A program made the translations under genes and the position numbers. 64,000 nt of DNA from assembly GCA_964414985.1 (NCBI GenBank), contig CAYPXA010000002.1:87513-151512 (forward strand), written 5' to 3'. This document shows, in pieces, positions 56,946 to 64,000 of this stretch. The DNA comes from an uncultured Methanosarcinales archaeon. GTDB taxonomy: Archaea; Nanobdellota; Nanobdellia; Woesearchaeales; JAGWAF01. The notes under the pieces are model-generated. The model ran no database searches, was not told the origin of the DNA, and saw only the letters and a program-made list of their open reading frames with translations. Position 1 is the first letter of the stretch, and every line of letters begins with the position of its first letter.

Positions 56946-59609
56946 GTGAAAAAGAGGCAGTTATACTTTGTAGTTTTTGCAGCACTCTCTGCTATTATTA
57001 TTTCTGTTCTAGCTTCTGCTGTTTCTGCAGCACCTGCAGCAAATGAAGGAATGCTTGGAAATGTTCTGGGCATGTTCGGAGACCTTAGCAAGGTCTATGA
57101 TAAGTTTTCTGCTCTTATCGATGCAGGCATCTACCTTGTCATTTTCCTAGGGCTTGCCCAGGCAACTATTGGGAAGAAGTTTGAAAACAAAGGCGGAAAA
57201 GTCATGGTTGTTGGAATTGCACTTGTCCTTGCGCTGGGCCTTGCGCTTTGGGAGAGGCAGGCTGGCTTTAACCTTAAGTCATTCGGGCCGATTGCAGCGC
57301 TTATACTCCTCGGCCTTTTGGGCTTTATGATTTGGTATCTTCTCAAAGATGTCAAAATACCCTGCCTTGGCGAAATCGGCAAGATTGCTATTATTTATAT
57401 TGTTATATACTCTATGTTTAATGCCACTGTTCCAGGGATAGTCTGGTGGCTTAACACAAAAGTGCCTATTATAGGAGGGCTTCTTGCGCTTCTGTTCCTT
57501 GCATTCTTTGTAATACTTATCATTCAGGTTATCCGGTGCCTTATGGAGCATGTTGGAGGCGGAGATGGAGGCTCATGGGGCTCGGATGATGATAATGATG
57601 ACCATAATGATAACGACAACAATAATGGGGGAGGCGGTAATACTCCTTCAGGTCCAAGGCCTCCAGGCAGAGTGCCCCCTCCAACGCCTCCTAGCTTTAA
57701 TCCTAAGGATCCATCAACAGACCCTGACAAGACGCCTTCAGGAATAAACCCTAAGGCGCCAGGCCCAAAGCCTTCAGCGCCAAAGGTGCCTAAAAAGCCA
57801 AAGATTCCAAACAAGGAAGTGATTTATGTTGACCTTTCACCTCATTTTGATGGAATAAGGAGCCAGGACAGCCTAGGGGCATGCACTGCATTTGCAGCAA
57901 CATCTATGTTTGAGTATATCCTGAATATTCTTAAGCTGAAATCCAAAAATACATGGCTTTCACCGCTTTTCCTGTGGTATAAAACAAGGGAGGCAATGGG
58001 CGAGCCATTGGATGATACAGGCCCGTATAGTTGCACACTGCCTATGGATATGCTTTTCAAGCATGGAGTATGCTGGGAATCTTTATGGAGTTTTGAAGAA
58101 AAATCTACTTTGAAATATCAGAGAACACCAGACGCAAGTGCAATTATGGACGCTGTGAATAAAAAGATTGTGAAATTTTACAGCCTTTCAAAAGATGACC
58201 CCGACCAATGGGTTCATGAGCTTCTTGCAGGAAATCCAATCAATATAGGCGCGGGCGTTCCTATGAACTTTGGCAGCAATTTGGATGGAAAAAAATTATA
58301 TAATGACTATGTCCCTCAAAGCAGAGGTGGCCATGCAATGGTTATTGTAGGCTATCATTCGCATTACCCTATAGACGGCAAAGGAGTAAAATGCTTCAAG
58401 ATAAGGAATTCATGGAGTTCCAAATGGGGTGAAAATGGTTACATCTGGGTGCCTGCAGAAATTCTTAAAAAGATGATGATGGAGCCCCCTCTTGTCATAA
58501 AAGGCTGGAAGAAGGAATCATTCAACAAATTCACAATCAAGGGAAGGGCTGTTTTTGACTATGACCCAAGATACAGAATTAGTGAGGCTGACACAGGCAA
58601 GAGCTTGTGCCTTAACAATTCAGTATCCTGCCCTGGAGACCACGAGTTTGTAGTTGGTGTCAAGGCGCAGATTGCAGGAAACATCGTCTGCCTCGGAGAA
58701 ACTAAAGTAAAGGACAAGCATGCCAAGTTTGAGATTTCATTCAAGGCAGATGCATCACAGTTTGAGAAGCTTACAAACCTGTTCAGCGGAGCAGACGGCA
58801 GATTCTTCAAGCAGTATCTTGGCGACATCAACTTCCATGAGCTTCCTCCTGGAGTGCTTGTCTACAAGAGGGCTGTTGACCAGGAGAAAGACCCTGCATA
58901 TTACTTCCACATTCTTCCAATAAAGTTTTCGCGCGGAGGAAGGGGCGGAGAGGGAATAACCAACAATGACAATCCGTTCTCGCTATTGCTTAGAAAGGGC
59001 ATCAATTGTTCAGGAGTGCCTATAGGATTTACTGACAAGCACATTGTAGAGGAGAATGTCATTATTCCTGTTGTTAGGTATCCATGGGAAGAGCCAATCT
59101 TTATTCTTGGCGAAGAGGACATGAAGCTGATTAAAAAAGTCCATAAGCTTGCAGTTGATGAGAAGGACTGGCTTGCATCAGAGTACAAGTACCTGGAGGA
59201 CCTTAACGCTGCGTTCAAGGAAGGCAATCTTGAGAAGGCATTGAAGCTGGAAATACCTGTAGGAAGGTCTGAAAGAAAGGCGGATATCTTTGAAAACAGG
59301 ATTGAAAGCAGGCTCAACAAGGTAAAAAAAGACCTTCCTGACAATTTCAGAAAAAAAGTTGACCAGATAGAGATGGTTATGGATACTCTCGGAAAGTCTC
59401 TGCTAAAAATTACTTCAAGGTATGGCGGCTATCTCAAGCACGACCTTATAGAGCTTCCCAAGGCAAAAGACCAAAAAAGCAGGGATGCAATCCACAAGAA
59501 GACAGCAGGAGAAATTCAGGAGGCTATTACCCTGATAAGGGGCATTGAATCAGAAATCAATAAGCTTCTCAAGACAGAAGAGGAAATCCTGAAATCTGTA
59601 AAGCAATAA
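56946..59609 (+). CDS. membrane-anchored papain-like (C1 family) cysteine peptidase with Gly/Asp/Pro-rich linker and ~400-aa C-terminal extension
   Basis: 6 N-terminal TM helices; catalytic Cys region QDSLGACTAFA, His GGHAMVIVGY, Asn NSWSSKWGENGYIWV. Confidence 0.65.
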   Translation: MKKRQLYFVVFAALSAIIISVLASAVSAAPAANEGMLGNVLGMFGDLSKVYDKFSALIDAGIYLVIFLGLAQATIGKKFENKGGKVMVVGIALVLALGLALWERQAGFNLKSFGPIAALILLGLLGFMIWYLLKDVKIPCLGEIGKIAIIYIVIYSMFNATVPGIVWWLNTKVPIIGGLLALLFLAFFVILIIQVIRCLMEHVGGGDGGSWGSDDDNDDHNDNDNNNGGGGNTPSGPRPPGRVPPPTPPSFNPKDPSTDPDKTPSGINPKAPGPKPSAPKVPKKPKIPNKEVIYVDLSPHFDGIRSQDSLGACTAFAATSMFEYILNILKLKSKNTWLSPLFLWYKTREAMGEPLDDTGPYSCTLPMDMLFKHGVCWESLWSFEEKSTLKYQRTPDASAIMDAVNKKIVKFYSLSKDDPDQWVHELLAGNPINIGAGVPMNFGSNLDGKKLYNDYVPQSRGGHAMVIVGYHSHYPIDGKGVKCFKIRNSWSSKWGENGYIWVPAEILKKMMMEPPLVIKGWKKESFNKFTIKGRAVFDYDPRYRISEADTGKSLCLNNSVSCPGDHEFVVGVKAQIAGNIVCLGETKVKDKHAKFEISFKADASQFEKLTNLFSGADGRFFKQYLGDINFHELPPGVLVYKRAVDQEKDPAYYFHILPIKFSRGGRGGEGITNNDNPFSLLLRKGINCSGVPIGFTDKHIVEENVIIPVVRYPWEEPIFILGEEDMKLIKKVHKLAVDEKDWLASEYKYLEDLNAAFKEGNLEKALKLEIPVGRSERKADIFENRIESRLNKVKKDLPDNFRKKVDQIEMVMDTLGKSLLKITSRYGGYLKHDLIELPKAKDQKSRDAIHKKTAGEIQEAITLIRGIESEINKLLKTEEEILKSVKQ

Positions 59610-59649
59610 GACTCCTAACCTTTTTAAATTCCCTTTTTTTCTCAGATTA

Positions 59650-60267
59650 ATGCAGGATATAGTGAGTGAGCTGGAATCATGCAGAAAGGTCAATCTTCTA
59701 AGCCTTAAGCAGGTAAACCCTCTTGAGGTAAAGGTTTCAAATCCCAAAAGCAGGCAGGAAGTGATGGGCAGGATTGCTGAAGCTTATGTCAGCCTGTGGC
59801 TAAGCAGGTGCAGCGGCATTTCACTTGATACAGACTTTCCAAGGAATGCAAACGGCTACAGGCTTGAAAAAAGGGATTCAGGAATACTTGTTGTTGAAAA
59901 AAGGGAATACGGCGAAGCAGACCTTATAGAATATGATTTTCTTGCTGAACATAATGGCACAAAATATGTTGTAGAAGTCAAGTCAAGGGGGCTTAACGGA
60001 GTTGAGGGCAAAATAGAAAAGTCAATTGAAGTTGGCAGGCATATCTACGGCACTGACAAAATAAGGATGCTGATTTTCTGCCCTGAATGCAGAGGCCAGG
60101 ACAAATTTGCGCCTATCAAGTCAAAGCATCCTGAAGTGGAATGCATTAATTCAGGCTATTCAAAAATACAGCTTGAGGAAGCAATTGAGGCATACTACCA
60201 GACAACTGGGCAGAAGCAATGGTATTATCCGTCACGTCATGGTAGCTCGCGCAAAGGAAAGCGATGA
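59650..60267 (+). CDS. PD-(D/E)xK nuclease-fold protein (Hjc/NERD-like motif arrangement)
   Basis: E...SG...ADLIEYD...YVVEVKS arrangement = D-x(n)-E-x-K core. Confidence 0.45.
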   Translation: MQDIVSELESCRKVNLLSLKQVNPLEVKVSNPKSRQEVMGRIAEAYVSLWLSRCSGISLDTDFPRNANGYRLEKRDSGILVVEKREYGEADLIEYDFLAEHNGTKYVVEVKSRGLNGVEGKIEKSIEVGRHIYGTDKIRMLIFCPECRGQDKFAPIKSKHPEVECINSGYSKIQLEEAIEAYYQTTGQKQWYYPSRHGSSRKGKR

Positions 60268-60435
60268 AAGCCTAATTTTAAGTCATATATGTTTCATATA
60301 GGAAAATAAATCGTCTTTTTCTTAATAACTACTAAATAGTAAGAACAAAACCGAAAGATTTATATAGTAGATTGCTTATAAAGATTACGGAGTGAAGGGG
60401 TGGTAGCATGGAAATATGTCAGATAGGTGAGAAAC

Positions 60436-61347
60436 ATGCTAACAGACAGGAAAAAGTGCCCTGAATGCGGTGGAGACAGCTTCTTTACTGACAGGGACAG
60501 GGGAGAAATAATTTGCAAGTCATGCAGCTTCGTTCTCGAAGAGGCAATGCCTGATTTTGGCAGAGACAGCTTTGCAGATTCTGAAGACGCTGAAAAGAAG
60601 AGCAGGTCAGGCGCTCCGTTTGACCCGAGAATAGTCAACAATCTTTCTACAGAGGTTGGTAACTACTCAGACATAAGCAGGCTGCCAAAGAAGGCGCAGC
60701 AGCTGATGCACAGGATTAAGAAGAAGAACAGGTGGGTCAGCTCAAGCATTGAGCACAACCTGAACAATTCTTTGACAACCCTAAAGCTTCTTGCTGCACA
60801 GCTTAAGATGCCAGAGTATTCTGAAAAAGAGGCTGCAAGAGTCTACAGGGAATGCGTTGAGAGGGGCATAACAATCGCAAGGCCTGCAGAAAACGTTATT
60901 GCAGGATGCATCTACATCTCGTGCAGGATTTACGGGCTTCCAAAGACCCTTAATGAGGTTTCAGACAAAACACACATAGGAAAGAAGGTCCTTGGAAAGA
61001 TGTACAAGCTCATAACAAGGAAGCTTAACATCAACATCAAGCCTTTGAGCCCTGTTGATTTCATATCAAGGTTTGCAGGACATCTCAACATAACAGCAAA
61101 ATCCGAGACAAAGGCGTGCAAGATGTATGAGCAGTTTGTGAAAAAGGAGCTGACTTCAGGAAAGTCTCCTGTAAGCATGGCTGCAACATGCCTTTACCTT
61201 TCTGCAATGATGAATGAAGAAAAGGTCACCCAGCAGAGGATGGCTGAAACTTCAGGCATAACAGAAACCACATTGAGGATAAGGTGCAAGGAAATGATAA
61301 AGGCGCTCAAGCTTGAGAAGTCTTTCAAGGGAAAAATCGCATTCTGA
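60436..61347 (+). CDS. tfb: transcription initiation factor IIB (TFB)
   Basis: N-terminal zinc ribbon CPECGG...CKSC, B-reader/linker, two cyclin-like repeats; TTTATATAG box upstream. Confidence 0.9.
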   Translation: MLTDRKKCPECGGDSFFTDRDRGEIICKSCSFVLEEAMPDFGRDSFADSEDAEKKSRSGAPFDPRIVNNLSTEVGNYSDISRLPKKAQQLMHRIKKKNRWVSSSIEHNLNNSLTTLKLLAAQLKMPEYSEKEAARVYRECVERGITIARPAENVIAGCIYISCRIYGLPKTLNEVSDKTHIGKKVLGKMYKLITRKLNINIKPLSPVDFISRFAGHLNITAKSETKACKMYEQFVKKELTSGKSPVSMAATCLYLSAMMNEEKVTQQRMAETSGITETTLRIRCKEMIKALKLEKSFKGKIAF

Positions 61348-61416
61348 TTTTTTGTTTTTTTGTTTTTTTTAGGCAGTATAGCAACATTTTTAAATAAACC
61401 TTTAAACCTTGGAAAA

Positions 61417-61785
61417 ATGGATGAAAGAAAAAAGATACTTATTGTTGATGATGAATTAAGCGAGATATTCAGCGATATGCTTAGCAGCAGCTATGAATGC
61501 ATAACTGCCTCTAACGGCATTGAAGCGCTTAGAAAAGCAAAGGAGCTTAGTGATATCAGCTTGATACTCTGCGATTACATAATGCCTGCAATGAACGGAT
61601 ATAATTTTCTAAAAACATTAAGGCAAGACCCTGATTATTCGCATCTTGCATCAGTTCCTGTCATTTTAGTCGGCTCTTTTTCGCAGGAGCAGAGAGATGA
61701 GCTCAATGCAGAGCAGCTGGCAAAGCCTGTACTGATGAAGGATTTGCATTACTCTGTTGCAAAATACTTTAAAGATATTAATTAG
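61417..61785 (+). CDS. CheY-like response regulator receiver domain (stand-alone REC)
   Basis: ILIVDDE, phospho-acceptor D in LILCDYIMP, conserved K in AKP; TTTAAATAAACC box upstream. Confidence 0.7.
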   Translation: MDERKKILIVDDELSEIFSDMLSSSYECITASNGIEALRKAKELSDISLILCDYIMPAMNGYNFLKTLRQDPDYSHLASVPVILVGSFSQEQRDELNAEQLAKPVLMKDLHYSVAKYFKDIN

Positions 61786-61834
61786 CTTATCGACTATAGA
61801 AAGCTTTATAAATAGGCGCAAAATCCTATACAGC

Positions 61835-62272
61835 ATGGGAAAGAAAGCAAGGGGTCTCAATTCGGCAAAAAAGCTGAAGCAGAGGAGAAAAGTAAGCCTT
61901 TGGTCTTACAGGCCTTACATAAAAAGGGCTCTCAACCTCAAAAAGAAGTCAGACCCTCTTGAAGGCGCATCCCAGGCAAGGGGCATAGTTCTTGAGAAGA
62001 TTCAGCTTGAGGCAAAGCAGCCAAACTCAGCAATGAGAAAGTGCGTCAAAGTCCAGCTCATAAAGAATGGAAAGCACGTTACTGCATTCTGCCCTGGAGA
62101 CGGCGCAACAAAGCTCATAGACGAGCACGACGAAGTCCACATTGAGTGCATCGGCGGACGAATGGGAAGGTCAAAGGGAGACATTCCAGGAGTCAGGTGG
62201 GCTGTCACAAAAGTCAACAAGCAGTCGCTTATTGCTCTTCTTTCAGGAAAGATTGAGAAGGCAAGGAAGTAA
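61835..62272 (+). CDS. rps12: ribosomal protein S12 (uS12/S23e)
   Basis: 146 aa from ATG 61835; [22 protein letters not shown] motif; CTTTATAAATAG TATA ~25 nt upstream. Confidence 0.9.
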   Translation: MGKKARGLNSAKKLKQRRKVSLWSYRPYIKRALNLKKKSDPLEGASQARGIVLEKIQLEAKQPNSAMRKCVKVQLIKNGKHVTAFCPGDGATKLIDEHDEVHIECIGGRMGRSKGDIPGVRWAVTKVNKQSLIALLSGKIEKARK

Positions 62273-62377
62273 GCCGGTTTTTTTCTTAAGATTGATTTTT
62301 GGATAGAATTTGTTCTGAAAACTTTCTGGAAAAATTGAGGTTAAGCTTAATAACCTTTTTTTATCAGAAAATAATTT

Positions 62378-62698
62378 GTGTGGATTCTCGAAAAAACCCT
62401 GAAGTTTGAAAAAAAGTTTAATTCAATTATTCCTGCGCAGTACAGGCCTCAATTAGAGAGAAGGATTGAAAAAGCAGTTTCTAATAATCCTCTAAATGCA
62501 GGCAAGCCGTTGGGATGCTCATTTTTTAGGGAGCTGAAACTTGGCAAATGGAGAATTTATTATTTGGCTTACAGGAAATTTTTGGTAGTTTTTTTTATAG
62601 ACATAAGCGATAAATCCGGCCAGAATTGCGCAATTCGTGAAATACGGAATTATCTGAAAGATTACGAGAAAGTGATTGCTTCCAAATACAGCAAGTAA
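62378..62698 (+). CDS. RelE/ParE-family mRNA interferase-like toxin (GTG start)
   Basis: LKFEKKFNSIIPAQYRPQLERRIEKAVSNNPLNAGKPL...RELKLGKWRIYYLAYRK..LVVFFIDISDK pattern typical of RelE. Confidence 0.5.
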   Translation: MWILEKTLKFEKKFNSIIPAQYRPQLERRIEKAVSNNPLNAGKPLGCSFFRELKLGKWRIYYLAYRKFLVVFFIDISDKSGQNCAIREIRNYLKDYEKVIASKYSK

Positions 62699-62702
62699 AT
62701 CC

Positions 62703-62834
62703 CTATCGCTCCCTGAAAGGCTTTACTTTGCCTTCAATAATCTGGGATAAGCTTTCAGCTATCTCTTTGAGCAGCTTATTTTTTTCCCTAAGAAGCTCCT
62801 GTGATTTTTTGGAGCTAAGGTTTGGTTTTGCCAT
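62703..62834 (-). CDS. possible 43-aa coiled-coil micro-protein convergent to RelE-like gene (not in ORF track)
   Basis: MAKPNLSSKKSQELLREKNKLLKEIAESLSQIIEGKVKPFRER. Confidence 0.2.
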   Translation of the reverse strand: MAKPNLSSKKSQELLREKNKLLKEIAESLSQIIEGKVKPFRER

Positions 62835-62900
62835 TGATAATTACATACTTTTTTTATTTATAAGCTTTGTGATTACTTTGCCGTTGTTTTTGCAAATATG

Positions 62901-63176
62901 CTATTTGCTCCCTAAAAAGGAAAGGAACTGCATTTCTTCAGCGTGATCCAAAGGCCTTGGCTTTGCGCCCATCCTGCTGAATATCTCCTTTAATTCAGGG
63001 GCTTCATTGATTATTGCCTTGTAGCAGAATATGTTTGCCTCATTTATAATCTGGGCAGTCCTGCTGATTTTTCCAGAATATCCTTCGTGCGCAAAGTTAT
63101 CTCCGAAAAGGTGCGCAACATACCTTGTGCCTTCCTCGCACTCCAGTGCGTAATACTGCAGACTTACATCTTCCAT
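62901..63176 (-). CDS. hypothetical protein
   Basis: 91-aa ORF. Confidence 0.3.
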   Translation of the reverse strand: MEDVSLQYYALECEEGTRYVAHLFGDNFAHEGYSGKISRTAQIINEANIFCYKAIINEAPELKEIFSRMGAKPRPLDHAEEMQFLSFLGSK

Positions 63177-63226
63177 TTTCTCACCTATATTGACAAAAAA
63201 ACAGAAAAAGAAGTTCTATTTAAAGC

Positions 63227-63772
63227 TTATTCAACCTTAAAATAATAGTATCCATCGCCTATTTTTGCTTCCTTGCCGACAAATTCAGCGTGGTACTTGA
63301 CTTTATAGGTTCCTGGAAGAAGCTCTTCTCCAAAGTACTTGATTGCAACAACAAGGTCAGGGTCGCCGAGCGCAACATCGCCTATGTCATACCTGACAAC
63401 TTCCTTGTCATCCCACACTTCAACAGTTGTTGTTGTCTTGAGAGGGAATGTGAAAACAAGGTCGACTTTCCTTGGCCTCATGCTTGTGACTGCACCGACT
63501 CCAGGCCTGCCGTGGCTGAAGTAGACTGTGTCAGCGTGGTCTTCGAGCAGATTCTTGGGTGCTGCCTTAACCGGCTCTTCAGGCTCTTCTTCAGGCTCAG
63601 GGACATGCGAAGGCACAATCACATCCTCTTCTACAGTAACCTGGCCGTTCACTTCCGGAACAGACGGCTGCTCCAGATTTGGAGCTTCCTGCTCGCTGCT
63701 GTTTCCGCAGCCTGCAAGAATAAGCGATGCAATCAAAATGCAGATAACTGTTGCTGTTCTCATAAAAGCCAT
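63227..63772 (-). CDS. lipoprotein (lipobox LAGC), acidic Pro/Glu-rich linker then beta-rich domain
   Basis: Signal + LILAGCGNS; GAGGTG SD upstream on minus strand. Confidence 0.55.
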   Translation of the reverse strand: MAFMRTATVICILIASLILAGCGNSSEQEAPNLEQPSVPEVNGQVTVEEDVIVPSHVPEPEEEPEEPVKAAPKNLLEDHADTVYFSHGRPGVGAVTSMRPRKVDLVFTFPLKTTTTVEVWDDKEVVRYDIGDVALGDPDLVVAIKYFGEELLPGTYKVKYHAEFVGKEAKIGDGYYYFKVE

Positions 63773-63879
63773 AAAAGCGCACCTCTGTTTTTTTATTTGA
63801 TAAGATTGTGAGGTGTACTATAAAAGTTTTTCGATGCAGAAAAATAGAAATATAAAAAAATAAACAGAAAATCGGCTAC

Positions 63880-63942
63880 TTAGTTGTAGTCGTCGTCTTC
63901 TTCCTCAAAATCATCATCATCGCCATAATCTTCGTCGCTCAT
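63880..63942 (-). CDS. possible 20-aa hyper-acidic micro-peptide MSDEDYGDDDDFEEEDDDYN with strong SD
   Basis: GGAGG 8 nt upstream of ATG on minus strand; window edge prevents context. Confidence 0.2.
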   Translation of the reverse strand: MSDEDYGDDDDFEEEDDDYN

Positions 63943-64000
63943 TTTGGGTTCCTCCTTTGTTTTTTTGCCTTTTAAAAAAAGGCTTCTCCATAATATATAG

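Noticed and set aside
1-64000. CRISPR arrays, rRNA and tRNA genes
   Set aside because: No regularly spaced short direct repeats with unique spacers were seen, and no rRNA-like or cloverleaf-compatible stretches were found in the intergenic regions inspected.

Overview
Most likely an archaeal chromosomal segment (~45% GC). Archaeal markers are present: TFB, ribosomal proteins S6e and S12, a PurO-type IMP cyclohydrolase, a Nog1-like GTPase and an endonuclease-Q-like protein. Two initiation styles are visible: leaderless genes with a TATA box ~25-30 nt upstream, and GAGGTG-type Shine-Dalgarno sites. No rRNA, tRNA or CRISPR array was recognised. I annotate about 60 protein genes. Housekeeping genes: metG, a purC-purN-purO-purH operon plus a separate purE, tfb, rps12, rps6e, a TYW3-like protein, a B12 radical-SAM enzyme, a YjeF-C dehydratase, a YhbY protein and a Nog1-like GTPase. 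Accessory, variable-looking genes form an unusually dense set: five very large, sequon-rich, repeat-containing surface proteins (2135, 1077, 829, 1175 and 887 aa), a HEPN/MNT pair, a RelE-like toxin, nucleotidyltransferases and a PD-(D/E)xK nuclease. Four observations stand out. (1) A ~96-bp MITE-like repeat with 10-bp terminal inverted repeats occurs in three intergenic regions. One copy creates a false 5' extension of the metG ORF and another reaches into the annotated start of a CPBP protease ORF. (2) A polymorphic-toxin-like locus: an 829-aa secreted protein whose C-terminal ~230 codons are markedly AT-rich, translationally coupled to an AT-rich 242-aa ORF that may encode immunity. (3) An uncharacterised, tightly coupled three-gene operon (475, 204 and 704 aa). 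Its last gene encodes an endonuclease-IV/xylose-isomerase-like TIM barrel split by a ~320-aa charged coiled-coil insertion. (4) Duplicated promoter architecture upstream of purC and purE shares a 21-bp motif. All functional calls rest on motif recognition by eye, not database searches.
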